Shown: one piece after another, positions 42,715-54,774 of the stretch
Position numbering within the stretch: the first letter of the stretch is position 1
How the letters are laid out: each line of letters begins with the position of its first letter
NCBI GenBank assembly: GCA_032718475.1
Contig: JAUCBJ010006760.1
Span: forward strand, 1 to 64,000
DNA length: 64,000 nucleotides
Direction of reading: 5' to 3'
Source: Nemertoderma westbladi
Taxonomy: Eukaryota > Animalia > Xenacoelomorpha
Program-made: the position numbers and the translations under genes
Notes under the pieces: model-generated
What the model was told of the DNA's origin: nothing
Databases searched by the model: none
The model's input: the letters and a program-made list of their open reading frames with translations, nothing else

Positions 42715-43940
42715 TGTAAAAGCTTTTGCGGATATAATCAGTCCCCTTGCCCGCAAAGTACCGTTGTAGGTGTTTTAACGGACATAAAAGTCATTCTTCT
42801 ACATGTGTACTTTGGCGGACATGGCAAGGCACAAAACCCGCAATGCATGTCAAATCCTCTAGCACAGTGTAGCCTTGATGATTCAGATTACGACATCTAA
42901 CAGCTGGTTGCTGGCATGGAAACGGCCGTTGGACACATGGTTCTTTGTTCAGCTTAACAGCCAATCAGGGCGATTTTTACTGTCGACGTGGAGATATTCT
43001 ACAGATCGTGCTAGGAGTGTTCTGACTTACTGTTTTTTTTAGTGTTATTGTTGTGTTGTTTCTATCTAGGCCAAGAACACCGGCTCTAGAGTCAATTCGT
43101 TTCAGACTTTAGAAGAAACATTAGTAGGCTTAGATTATAGAACGTATAACTGTTATCAACCCATCAACACAACTCGGCTCAGTCTTATCAGCGCAGTAGC
43201 GCAGCGGTACAATCTTATATTGTTATAATCTTAACCTACCGTCTTAATGCTTTTTACTGTTGTTATTATTTGTATCAGTTGGTCGAATATTATTACTTGG
43301 AGAACATCGATAAACAACCCAAATTTCCCAATTTTCTTGATACACTACAGGTTAGAGAGACAGGTTACATATAGCGATTGCGACTTATATTATCGTGGTT
43401 TGTAGTGAATTTAATGCTATTTGATAAGCACTACATGAGTCAATTGCTGTTCTCTTTATGTATGATAAAATTCATTGACGGTCGGCAGATTAGTGTGCAG
43501 TATAGTGCGGTACCGGTAGTGTGCATGATTGTGGCTGATAACTAAGCATTTCCTAAAGAATGCGCCTCATACGTGAATCATAAGCCTTACCGTCTTACCG
43601 TTGTGTTTGTTATAAGTCATATCTCTGTTTACCTAGATAGAGCGCCACGTCCTAAAGGAACTGTTAATATTTCCAGAAAGTGAATAATATTCGTCAGAAA
43701 TTAATTATTAACGATCAATCGAATAATACAGTAAGCTTACACTGCAATATAAATCTAAGCCCTCCGAATCCAGTCTCCCGGGTATATCCAGCGGGTGAAT
43801 GGACACGCACTAGGCTGGCTTCGGCTAATGTTGTGTTTATTGGTATTAAATACTTGTCATATGCTAAAGTCTATTTATAAACCAAAAGACATATAAATTT
43901 TGGCAGGTTAAACTGCTAAAGGTCTTCAAAAGCGCGTACA
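42715..43940 (+). repeat. 5' LTR (1226 bp)
   Basis: TGTAAAAGCTTTTGCGG...AAAAGCGCGTACA. By eye about 6 substitutions and 3 small indels relative to the 3' LTR (~99% identical). Confidence 0.97.
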
Positions 43941-44002
43941 ATAACAGTTATTGTCTTTATTGCAGTAAGCAATAAAGTTGAAAGTACCGGTCAACCGGTA
44001 AA

Positions 44003-44168
44003 CCTGAACCGGTACTGCTGTAGGTCCGTAGGCCCAACTGCCAGAATCGGTACTGCTGTAGGTCCGTAGGCCTAACTGCTTGAACCGGTACTGCTGTAGG
44101 TCCGTAGGCCTAACTGCCTGAACCGGTACTGCTGTAGGTCCGTAGGCCTAACTGTCCTAACCGGTACT
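44003..44168. repeat. 38-bp tandem repeat, ~4.3 copies, in the element leader
   Basis: CCTGAACCGGTACTGCTGTAGGTCCGTAGGCCTAACTG units starting at 44003, 44041, 44079 and 44117. Confidence 0.9.
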
Positions 44169-44342
44169 TCCAGTATAAGTACATTAGTATTATTCGATTT
44201 TGATAATTATATACCGGTAGGTCTCGATATTAAATCGGGGACGCCTGGTTTTTATTGGGATTTTACTTAGGTCTATTTCTGTCAGTTTTATTTACTAGTA
44301 GGATAATATTGAGCAGAAGGCGTGTAACCCTGCTCAGATTGT

Positions 44343-44872
44343 TCAGATAATTGTAGGCTGGACTGTTGTCTGACTGTTGTTGGGTCTGGAGAGATTGCGG
44401 CGTGTGTAGAGTCTGTCCGATAAATAAGGGAGTAATAAGTTAGTAAGTTGGGGCATCCAGAGTTGTAAGGTCAACCCCCTCTTAAAGAATAAGTCGTACT
44501 ACCGTGTTAGAACGCATACTAACTAACCATTTCGGAATCTGCATATACTGTAGTTTATTTAGGCTTGATAGTAGTCTGCCAGTGTTTTAGCCTGTGTGTT
44601 GTTTGTGTGGTCTGTTCAGGTACCGTAATAGTTAGTACTCAGATATTTTGTAGGCTGGATTGTTGTCTAGCTATTATTAGGTCAGAAGAGACTGCTGCGT
44701 GTGTAGAGTTTGTCTGATAAAGTGCCAGTTAGTAAGTTGGGGCATCCAGAGCTGTAAGGTCAACCCCCTCTTAAAGAATAAGTCGTACTACCGTGTTAGA
44801 ACGCATACTAACTAACCATTTCGGAATCTGCACATACTGTAGTTTATTTAGGCTTGATGGTAGTCTGCCAGC
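44343..44872. repeat. ~240-bp direct duplication in the element leader
   Basis: TCAGATA..TTGTAGGCTGGA...AGTTAGTAAGTTGGGGCATCCAGAG...GTAGTCTGCCAG occurs at ~44343-44582 and ~44639-44871. Confidence 0.85.
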
Positions 44873-46247
44873 GTTTGGTTTGTATTTGTTTGAGTATTCT
44901 GTACGGGTAGCGTAATATTTATTATTCAGAGTTTATGCGATTATTCGCAACATTCATGTCCCCAAGTTTATTCCTACAGTAATTGTGCTTGTTACACATA
45001 CAGTTATAGTTAAATTAACCCCGGTACTACACGGGCTGCTTGGCGTAGGTAAAGACTGGTGACTTTGTGCTCCGGTCACTCCAGCAGATGCCGTGGTTCT
45101 TTTAACTGTTCAAGTATATTTAACTGCTAGTTATCTGTTTTAATAAGTACTTGTACCTAATTTAGGGTTTGGTGTACAGTGCTTTCCGAAAGTAATTAGT
45201 GTGTAGGCAGTGTATTGTGTTGTAAAGTGGTTAATAGGCACGTTGGATCTGGTAGTCCGCGGTAATTAACTTCCAGGTAGGAACACTCCGTGATACATAA
45301 CGTAGTACCTATAGCGATACGGCTATAGGTCGTCAGACGGTGGTATTTTTCCTATCTGGACAGCGCAATATATTTACTACTACTTATTATTCTCAAATAC
45401 CTCAAACAAGACAAATATTCTCAAGTATCCTGTCTGTTGTAATAACCAGAAGTTCTAACCCTTTGTTAGACTGGTTTGTAGACTCCCTGTAAATTTACCC
45501 TAAAATTTCGTACGTAATATATTTTTGTTGTGTTTAGTTAGAGAATTAATCTCACCCGTATCGTAAGTAATTCGTAGATAAGTAACTTAGGAAGTAGAAT
45601 TATCTGTTTTAGTGTCCAATAAATAGCACTTCACTGAGAGCGCACAGCTTCTGTGTAGTGACTCCCCCCAGAAATAGTAACATCTATTTCAATATTGTAA
45701 CAAAACCCCTCATACGGGTATATACATATATATCTATTATAAATCAACTCAAAGGTTTATAAGCGAGTAGGCCTGCCACACAACAATTAGGTCTCAATAT
45801 CAGTTGGACTACTGCTTAAATAACGGTAATAAAGTAAGTTAAAGTAACTAAGTAACCTTTAAATTTCAGAAATTCAATTATTTAAATAATTGATATACTG
45901 GTATTTACGATAGGCCTATTATCTTTGTTTCTATAAATTTAGGCTGAAATTATACCGGTATTCTGTAATTAATTCTAGTCCATAATTATACTTATATATA
46001 CTATAAGTGTAAGCTGCATACCGGTATTCACGATAGGCCTATTATATATTTATATATATTTGTGCTAAAATTATATACTGGTATTCTGCGACAAACCTAG
46101 TCTACAATACTTATATATACTATAAGTGTATACCGGTATTCTAATATACTGTAATAAATTAATGGTACTAGGCCAACGGTCATACTGAATTACTAGACTT
46201 GCTTTAACTGTAACTATAGCAGTAAGCATTCAACTGTATAGCTAAGT

Positions 46248-48140
46248 ATGTCTGACACAAAGCAAAACCTGTCAGACAGTCTAATTGATACAACCATCTG
46301 TGACACAGATAGGAGTGTGGAGCGATTAAGAAAGGGGTTCAGCTCACCTCCTACTGAAAGAAAAGTCATCCCTCCAGTAGTAGTATCAGACCCTAGGCTA
46401 ATCCAACACCGTAGGTCTATCATCGGCACTCGGGCCCAGGTCAAACGGAACCAAGAAGCAGCTGTCCAACACCAGCAACATCCTAGTCAAGAAACTCGTT
46501 CCCAGCGACCTGATAGCTCCAGTAGTTCGGATACTGTAGAGCTGACCCCCGAACGCGGAGTGAAGATGGCGGCTACAGCCTATTCAGATCCCCTTCTCAC
46601 CCTTCCTGCCGCAGTACTAACTACTATATTGATTGCGGTGGAGGAACACCAAGTCGATTGGGCGAGAAGTAAGCGAGCGACCCAAGATAGTTATGCGGGA
46701 TACGCCAGGGGAGAATTGATGTCTATTGTCGAGTCACAATGGAACTTTCCCGGACCCGGACTCCCGTTAGATTTGTCCGAAGCTACTTGGGAAGACATAC
46801 ACAGGATGGGAGTGACTAAAGATACGATGGATCCAGCTGTTTGGAAGAGGTCGGCAGCAGGATATGTGCAGGGATTCTTCGGCTCCTTAGAGCGATTAGA
46901 AGAACAACTGTTTCGACAACCCCAAGGACCTCAAGAGCAGGAAGAGCTGCTATATCAAGTACGCGAAAGAACCCTACGCATTAGACTAATCCTATCAGCC
47001 TTTGAGGAAACTTCCAAAAGAAGACAGGACACGTCGCTGCAAGTTGCTGTCAAGACTTGGTTCCAGCGGGTAGGTCTCAAAGTACAAGAAACGGCCCAGT
47101 GGAAATCCCAGCTGGCTGAGAGACCAACCTATGAAGAATCAACCGATGCCACCTTTTCTCAAGTGGAAAGCGAAGTGACCGCAGAGAGACCGCGAACGAG
47201 AGACGCCATAGACATCTATCTGTCAGACTATCAACGTTTCCTAGGTGATGAAGAGTTGAGGAGACGACTGGCTGGACTTCGCCCCAATAGTGAAGGAGCC
47301 AAGCTTGTGTTGGACTCAATTGATGCGGAAAGGTTAGCTGCAAACCAAGCTAATTTTGATGAAAAACTCCGCCTCGCTAGAGTCCAGGAAGAACAAGTAA
47401 AGAAAAAACGGATAGAGGACCGAAAGGCAGCAGCAGTAGCAGCGGCAATGGCAGAAGCGGAAGCGGCAAAAGCGGCAGTGAAAGCAGCAGCAGCAAAGGC
47501 AGTGGCAGAAGCAGAACGGAGAGCGTCTGAGGAGACTACCCAACTGGAGTTGGAAAATCTGCAAGAGACGCAAGACTGCATAAATAAACAGTTAACTGCT
47601 AGTCAAATGCAGATGATGAGTCGATCTACTCCCAAACGCCAAGGATACACATCATCGGAGGAAGGCGAGACCACCGATCCTGAAGGCGGAGGAAATAGAT
47701 CTCGTCTAAGCAGGCATAGAAAAACATCTCACCGTCACAAATTGCCTGATTTGCCCCCAGCGGTTAGAAGACAACTAGCTAGCACAGACTTAGGTAGTAC
47801 AGAACCCACAGACCAAATTATTCAGGTCAAAAGACTCCCTACTATAGTTGATGAGCCTGAAATAATTAGGCCTGTCGTTCCCAAAGCCACTCCTGTGCTA
47901 GAGACCCCTGTACTTCCAGAGCTTAACTCTAAATTCCCTCTACACAGTACTACACTGCCTGTACCCGGTAGAACAGTCCATGCGAATATCCCTGTCCTGG
48001 ACACTGAGAGAGAAATCAAAGATTTGTCTCCCGTCATCCCGCTACAATGCTCCCGCTTCGGCGGTCGAGTGGGTAGAGGAGGGACGGCGGGGGATGAATC
48101 TCCTGCTCGGACAGATGCAGGAGACTGTCCACCAACTTAA
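46248..48140 (+). CDS. Element ORF upstream of gag core (630 aa, helical/coiled-coil and Ala-rich); probably a frameshifted N-terminal part of Gag
   Basis: ATG start. E/K/R/A-rich coiled-coil-like stretch and S/P/T-rich tail. Overlaps the next ORF by ~160 bp in a different frame. Confidence 0.7.
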   Translation: MSDTKQNLSDSLIDTTICDTDRSVERLRKGFSSPPTERKVIPPVVVSDPRLIQHRRSIIGTRAQVKRNQEAAVQHQQHPSQETRSQRPDSSSSSDTVELTPERGVKMAATAYSDPLLTLPAAVLTTILIAVEEHQVDWARSKRATQDSYAGYARGELMSIVESQWNFPGPGLPLDLSEATWEDIHRMGVTKDTMDPAVWKRSAAGYVQGFFGSLERLEEQLFRQPQGPQEQEELLYQVRERTLRIRLILSAFEETSKRRQDTSLQVAVKTWFQRVGLKVQETAQWKSQLAERPTYEESTDATFSQVESEVTAERPRTRDAIDIYLSDYQRFLGDEELRRRLAGLRPNSEGAKLVLDSIDAERLAANQANFDEKLRLARVQEEQVKKKRIEDRKAAAVAAAMAEAEAAKAAVKAAAAKAVAEAERRASEETTQLELENLQETQDCINKQLTASQMQMMSRSTPKRQGYTSSEEGETTDPEGGGNRSRLSRHRKTSHRHKLPDLPPAVRRQLASTDLGSTEPTDQIIQVKRLPTIVDEPEIIRPVVPKATPVLETPVLPELNSKFPLHSTTLPVPGRTVHANIPVLDTEREIKDLSPVIPLQCSRFGGRVGRGGTAGDESPARTDAGDCPPT

Positions 48141-49806
48141 GGGAACAGTAAGGGAAAGTAGGTTAGAATTGCAAGAAGTGCAGCAAAGTATCGCGCTGGA
48201 CAAATTAGTCAATATACAAAAGGGTATACCAATACCCCCTGTAACATTGTGTCAACCTGTTAGGTCTGAAGTATTACATGCGCAAGGTGTGGAGCCTACA
48301 CGCATCTATACTGCTAGTGAAGTAGAAACTCCTATAGCAAACCCTATTAAGGGTGATTATAAACCTGTTGTTAATGATATTCCCTATAGACTTGATAATA
48401 ATCCGAGAAATTCATATACCGATAATTCGATATTAAATAACACGATGGCCCAAGAAAGCTTTACGCGTCAGATGGCTAGAACAGAAGCCCGCCAAGCGGT
48501 CAAAGTGGGAGAGATCGTCAAATTCAATGGAGATGAGATGAAATGGTTACCTTTCAATGAATATTACAAAGATAGCATACAGAACTCTGTACTATCTAAT
48601 GGAGAGAAGCTTAGATTCCTCATCAAGTGTTTGGAAGGACCTCCCAAGTTAATGGCGTTAAAGTTTATTGGACATCCAGATGGATTAAGACAAGTTTGGG
48701 ATACGTTAAACACCAGGTATGGTAACAAGGATAACATAGCTAAGTATTTGTATGCAAAATTAGTAGCCCCCAGAAATTTCCTTAGTAGCGGGATCATAGA
48801 GTTTTCCGATGAGATTCAGGAGATCTGTAGACAATTGGACTGGTTAGGTAAGTCTCATGAATATCAGAGTTCCATGGTTATTGGAGCAGTAGTCTCTACT
48901 TTACCAAAGGGTGGAGTATGTACACGCTGGGACAAGAAAGTGTTGTACATGAATGAGCAGCAACGACGAAGCCCTACCATGGCTGATCTCATGTCCTTCT
49001 TAGATGGTGAAGTAAAACTACAACTCATCAAGCAGTCCAGAGAGAAAACATCGGAAAATAAGGTAAGTGAGAAACCCGTTTCTAGGAGAAGAGTAACACC
49101 AGTGTGTTACACTGACGACGGCGAAAGCCAAGCTTCTCAAGAAGAGGACAGCGGGAAAGACACTGACCGATATTACTACGTTAACAAAACCTCAAAAGAC
49201 GTAAGTAAATACAAGGCTCGAACCAACGATAGGAGAGAACAGGTTGCCAAGACTCCCCCTCAGTCTCCTAACAGAATGAACGGAAGAAAGCCCGAAGAAA
49301 GAACGAGAGTGCATCAAGTTACCCAAGGTAAAGTGAGTAACATCAAACCAAACTGTGCGCTGTGCGACGGGCCCCACCGTTTGAGTGCGTGTGCTGAATT
49401 CCTAAAGAAATCCCTTGTAGGCAGACGTGAAGTCATGTGGGATAAGCGGTTATGCTATAATTGCCTCAGACCAGGACACCAACGGCGAACCGGTTACTCC
49501 GACGTAAAGTGTACAAAGTGCGGTGCGAAACATCACATCTTGTTACACAGTGAATTCGAACGAAACAACCCGAGTCAGGTAAGTGAGCCCGAACTACATG
49601 TCCAATTCAGTGATGTAAATGACACTGATCAAGAGTCTGAGATGGAAGGATTCTATACTGACGAATTCTCCGACGCCAACGAATCCTGTTACCTAATAAA
49701 ACCGCAGTATATCGAGCACTTACTTACGAAAAGGACACCGACAATGAGTTCCCCCCAACTACTTTTGACAGACAACCATCTTGGAAAGATCCAACTTCCA
49801 ACGTAG
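47980..49806 (+). CDS. gag: Bel/Pao Gag (DUF1759-like capsid region plus three Cys/His knuckles)
   Basis: KFNGDEMKWLPF..LSNGEKLRFLIKCLEG..WDTLNTRYGN. Knuckles: CALCDGPHRLSAC, CYNCLRPGH (last Cys lost) and CTKCGAKHHILLH. Confidence 0.92.
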   Translation: MRISLSWTLREKSKICLPSSRYNAPASAVEWVEEGRRGMNLLLGQMQETVHQLKGTVRESRLELQEVQQSIALDKLVNIQKGIPIPPVTLCQPVRSEVLHAQGVEPTRIYTASEVETPIANPIKGDYKPVVNDIPYRLDNNPRNSYTDNSILNNTMAQESFTRQMARTEARQAVKVGEIVKFNGDEMKWLPFNEYYKDSIQNSVLSNGEKLRFLIKCLEGPPKLMALKFIGHPDGLRQVWDTLNTRYGNKDNIAKYLYAKLVAPRNFLSSGIIEFSDEIQEICRQLDWLGKSHEYQSSMVIGAVVSTLPKGGVCTRWDKKVLYMNEQQRRSPTMADLMSFLDGEVKLQLIKQSREKTSENKVSEKPVSRRRVTPVCYTDDGESQASQEEDSGKDTDRYYYVNKTSKDVSKYKARTNDRREQVAKTPPQSPNRMNGRKPEERTRVHQVTQGKVSNIKPNCALCDGPHRLSACAEFLKKSLVGRREVMWDKRLCYNCLRPGHQRRTGYSDVKCTKCGAKHHILLHSEFERNNPSQVSEPELHVQFSDVNDTDQESEMEGFYTDEFSDANESCYLIKPQYIEHLLTKRTPTMSSPQLLLTDNHLGKIQLPT

Positions 49807-49826
49807 GAATCAGAGAATTTCCTGTA

Positions 49827-50504
49827 GTGCAGGTAAGAGTTCACGGTCCTAACAAAAGTTACATAGTGAACGCCCTCCTTGACTCCGGCAGCACAGGAAC
49901 ATTCATCGATAAAGAACTAGCCGAAGATATCTTTGCTGGACAACCCAAATTCCAAACTAAGTTGAATATGTCCGGAATTATGCAGGTTTGGAAATCTACC
50001 CTAACGGCAGATTACTATGTAGGTGCGTTGTCCACCCCCCAGGATAAATTAGGAGCACAAAGTATAAGGTCAGTAAAAATGGTGGCTATAAAGAACTTCG
50101 CTACTACCCAAGTAGAACCTTATAACTGGGACGAGGACGAGAGCATCCAACAGCTGAAGATACCTCGATTCCAGACAGATTATCCTGGAGTGCAAATACT
50201 CATCGGCCAAAACGCGCATGAGGCGCTCGAGACATTGGAGAAACGGCCTGCTCAACCGCAGCCACTACAAACCTATGCGGTAAGAACTAGAGTAGGTTGG
50301 TACTTTACTGGCCCTTCCCGCAGAACTCTCAAAGAGAGATTGCCACAAGAAAGAATATACCAGGTAAATGATTGGGAAGTGGAGAGCAGTGAGGTGGACG
50401 AACTAACTGAGGGAACACCATACTCCTCAAATAATGACGACATCTACCAACTCTTCGATGAAGAGAACACAATCGACCTACTTACAGAAAACAAAACCAG
50501 GTGA
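49827..50504 (+). CDS. Bel/Pao aspartic protease segment (frameshifted)
   Basis: FPVVQVRVHGP..NALLDSGSTGTFIDKEL, ILIGQN, AVRTRVGWYFTGP. Confidence 0.9.
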   Translation: MQVRVHGPNKSYIVNALLDSGSTGTFIDKELAEDIFAGQPKFQTKLNMSGIMQVWKSTLTADYYVGALSTPQDKLGAQSIRSVKMVAIKNFATTQVEPYNWDEDESIQQLKIPRFQTDYPGVQILIGQNAHEALETLEKRPAQPQPLQTYAVRTRVGWYFTGPSRRTLKERLPQERIYQVNDWEVESSEVDELTEGTPYSSNNDDIYQLFDEENTIDLLTENKTR

Positions 50505-53500
50505 ACCTATGTCAACTGATTCGCCCATCGGGACCCATTGATTACAATGACGAACTAAATGATGAGATAGAGCGCTACAACGCTAGAACTCGGGACGAAC
50601 TCGCCGTACGATTCTTTACTCAAGAATTGGTAGAGCCCAATTCATACGATAAGGCCCTATCGATAGAAGAAGAAAGAGCCAAGCAAATCCAGGAAACAAC
50701 TACACGTTTTTTAAAAGATCAAGGTAGATATGAAATCGGCCTACCATTTCGAAAACGAGAACCTAGATTTATAAATAACAGACCCTTAGCGGAGAAAAGA
50801 ATTGCACAACTACATCGACGCCTTACGGCAAACACTTCTGCTAAGGAAATGTACCAGGCTCAATTGAAAAAATTTATTAGCAAGGGATATGCGGAGCGAG
50901 TACCGGAAGGAACACCCACAACTGAGAGAACGTACTATCTAACACATCATTACGTTCCCAAACCCGGTAAACCCCATGAAGTACGAGTCGTATTCGATGG
51001 CTCCGCTCTATATATGGGCCAATCCCTCAATTCCGAGTTGTTACCAGGACCCAACTTACTCCAATCTTTGTTGGGAATACTTTTAAGATTAAGACAATAC
51101 TCCATCGCGTTCGCCTCCGATATAGAAGGAATGTTCTTACAAGTCAAAGCGCTGGATAGAGATAGAGACAGCCTAAGATTTCTGTGGTGGCCTGAAGGAG
51201 ATCTCAACCAGAAACCGGTAGAGTACTGGATGACCATCCAGGCTTTTGGGATCATATCAAGCCCTTCCAACGCCTGCTCCGTGGTGCGGACCACTGTGAA
51301 TGACAACCGAGACGCCTTCTCCAAAGAGGTGATAGACAACATAAAGCGCGATATATACATGGACGACAATTTAAAGTCCCTTCCATCAGTAGAAGAAGCC
51401 ATTGATGTCGCGAAAGGAACGGTAGAGTGTTTGAAAAGAGGTGGATTTCGACTGACGAAATTCACTAGCAACTCCCGTGAGTTTCTGGAAGCGATACCGG
51501 TAGAAGACCGAGGAACGAAAGATCTAGACTTAATAAAGGACGATCTTCCAGAAACCAAGACGCGTGGCTTGAAGTGGGACACAGAAAGAGATATCCTGTT
51601 TTTTCAGCTAAAACAGCGAGATAATCCAGTTCGGACCAAACGGATTTGTTTAAGTATCCTGAGCACTTATTTCGACCCATTGGGATTTATTAGCCCAGTT
51701 ATATTGATTGCTCGGAGTTTAGTACAACAAATGTGGCTTGAAAACCACTCATGGGACGATCCACTTAAGGGAGAACTGTTAAAGAAGTGGATGAAATAGG
51801 AAGATTCTCTACCTGCCATCGAGAGCTTTGTAATTTCCCGTGCATATTTTGGTCATGTTCTTCCTACATATTCCTATCAACTCCATGTGTTTGGAGACGC
51901 CAGCGACATGGGAATAGGTATAGTAGCATATCTGCGAGTCGAAACTCCGGATGGAATCAAAGTCGCTTTAGTTACCTCTAAGGCATTGATTAACAACAAG
52001 TTAAAGGTTCCTCGAGCGGAGTTAAAGGCGGCTTTATATGCTACAGCCATCGGCCGGAACGTAACAGAACAAATCGACTATCCACTGGAGAAAACTGTTT
52101 ATTGGAACGACGCTTTACTCGTGTTGGAGTATATAACCAATGAAGTCTGTCAGTTCAGCGTTTTTGTTACTAACAGGGTAGCTATTATTCTTAGTCGCAC
52201 AAAGATAGATCAATGGAGACATTGCCCTGGTACGATTAATCCAGCCGATATCGCCTCCAGGGGAGCGACTCCACAGGAACTGATAGATACTCCAGACTGG
52301 TTGGGTCGACCCGACTTCCTGAGTAAGGAAGAGGATAAATGGCCTCCTCACCTTACTACGGCGGAGATTAGACAAGCCAAGGGAGCGGAGAAAGTCAAAC
52401 CTAAAACCCGGGCGAGTAAATCGAAGTTATTTAAACCGACGATCGATCTATCTGTATTACATACTTCCGGAAACGATGCTTCGGATCCACAATCCCTCGC
52501 CACAAATAAGTCTGTTGTGGAAATTAGAGATAGAGATTGGAAATCTGGAACACCAGACGTCTTGCAAGGAATCTCACCCCTGCTGCAGAGAGCAATGCAT
52601 CACTACAGTTCCTGGAATCGGCTCTGTAAAGCCGTCACATATTTAAGGAGATGTTTTCATCATCACTACTCCAGGACGAAGACCATTAGTGATACCGCTC
52701 CATTGACATCTGCGCAAGTTCATGTTATTAAAAATTTACCCAAATATAAGACATCCGACCGGTTTCTAAAGGAGAAAATCAGTTACCAGGAGCATGAAGA
52801 AACCAATAAGCAGATACTGAGACTCCTGCAATGCTATGAGGATTCCGATAAGTATTTCCTGTTGTTGAGAAATCCGCAGATGCGCTTAAGGGATCGCTTC
52901 TCTAGCACAATGATAGATGGGTTAATACGTGTTGGAGGAAGGCTCACCAATGCGCCATTATCCTTTGACACTAAATTCCCCATACTCATTAGAAATTTTG
53001 AAGTACAAATCAAGATGATTGTAGATGTTCACAGTAAACTTTATCATGCTGGTAGAGAACGAGTTCTTAGCGAAATTCGAACTCGCTATTATTTTGATAA
53101 AACCCGTAGAGCTCTGAACCAAGTTCTTAGGAACTGCATACCCTGTAGGAAAGCATTCAGTAGGCCTTTAACACAGCGAGAGGCAGAATTACCTAGGGAC
53201 CGAGTAAGCTTCTATGAACCACCTTTTACTAATACTGGTGTAGATTTATTTGGCCCTATTGAAGTATATCGTGCTAGGACTATAGTCAAGAGATGGTGTG
53301 TCATCTTCGTATGCATGACTTGTAGAGCCATCCATCTCGATATGGTGAACGATCTATCTACCAACAGCTTCGTCTTAAGTTTACGCCGACAGATCGCTCG
53401 CTTCGGGACTAGTAATACCATGAGATCGGATAAGGGAACGAACTTCATTGGTGCCAACAACGAAATCCAGGCTTACGTGAAGGACTGGAACCAAAGACAG

Positions 53501-54241
53501 GTGGACGATCAGCTAAGGATAACAGCGTCTAGCTGGACCTTCAACGCCGCCGACGCCCCTTGGTGGGGAGGAAGTTGGGAGAGAATAATTAGAAGTGTCA
53601 AGACCGCATTTCACTTTATAGTGCCATGCCGGGCGTATCTCACCGACGAAATTTGGCGGACGTTAATGGAGGAAATAGCTGCCTATCTCAACGAGAGACC
53701 GCTTATGCCAGTCTCATCGAGTCCCGATTCCCTGGAAGCGCTAACACCCGCGCACTTTCTACTGAAGAAACCTGTAGCCATGCTCCCACGATCGGAGATT
53801 ACCGACGGAGACGAATACTGCCGTCGAACTTGGCAACTTATGCAGTTGCTATCCCGTCGTTTCGCTGACCATTTCGAGAAACATTATCTGCCCACACTAC
53901 AACTTCGAACTAAGTGGTTTGCGCAGCAAGAAAACGTCAGCGCCGGAGATATGGTGCTTATTGTAGATTCAGACCTTCCACGTAAACAGTGGCAGACAGG
54001 TCGTATCATCGAGACTCACATCTCGGATGATGGTTTAGTACGCTCGGTAGAACTCGTCGTCATGCGGCGTAACTTCAAGAAGCCAGGCATAATCTTTGAG
54101 ACGCAACAACTCAACCGCCCAGTTGGTCGTTTATGTTTACTGGAAAGAGACAGAGAACTCTCCGGAAACTATGGAAGGCAAGACACTCTTCCCACGACCA
54201 CCTCCCTAATTCCTCAAACATCTAGGGACTCCCCAACATGA
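50501..54241 (+). pseudogene. pol: Bel/Pao pol: RT, RNase H, integrase; in-frame TAG at 51797-51799
   Basis: RT: YLTHHYV, RVVFDGS, SLNSELLPGP, DIEGMFLQV, YMDD. RNase H: FGDAS, PRAEL, NPADIASRG. Integrase: H..H..C..C, TGVDLFGP, SDKGTNF, GGSWERII. C-terminal DUF5641-like WQTGRI..DGLVRSV..RPVGRL. ORFs 50501 and 51887 share a frame. Confidence 0.95.
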
Positions 54242-54774
54242 TACGTCTGGAGTGGGTGAATGACTATATTATTCTATCTATTTTTATTATATTTTTATAT
54301 GTGAACATTATTATGTACTTTATTACAATCGTTTTATTTAATTTTATTTAGTAGAATGTTATTTTAGATTATTTAGTAGGTTAGTGCAATATATTAGTGC
54401 TTATTACGTAATTACACATAATATATATTTAATATGACGGCGAGAAATAATTCTTTCTTTTTCTTTACTGTCCGTATTATATTATAAATACGAGACTACA
54501 GTAAGATGACATGTCAGTACTTATTAAAGTACAATAAAGCTCCTACTATATTTAAGTATTATTGGTAGGCAGAGTATTAGGAATGCAAAGTTCAGATCCT
54601 CGTGTCTCGGCTAAACCAAGCTCTGGGTAGACCTTGGAAACGACTTGCCTCTTCACACTGACATTGCTCCGTGCGATATTGCTCTTCTACTTTATATTAA
54701 ATAATACATATAGTAGCATGATGTCCCTATAACAGTAGCGTAAAACGCAAATAAATCTGTTAAACCTTTTGACC

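Noticed and set aside
43680-43880. Identical 66-aa ORF in both LTRs (also 58498-58698)
   Set aside because: GTG start, no motifs; identity simply reflects LTR duplication.
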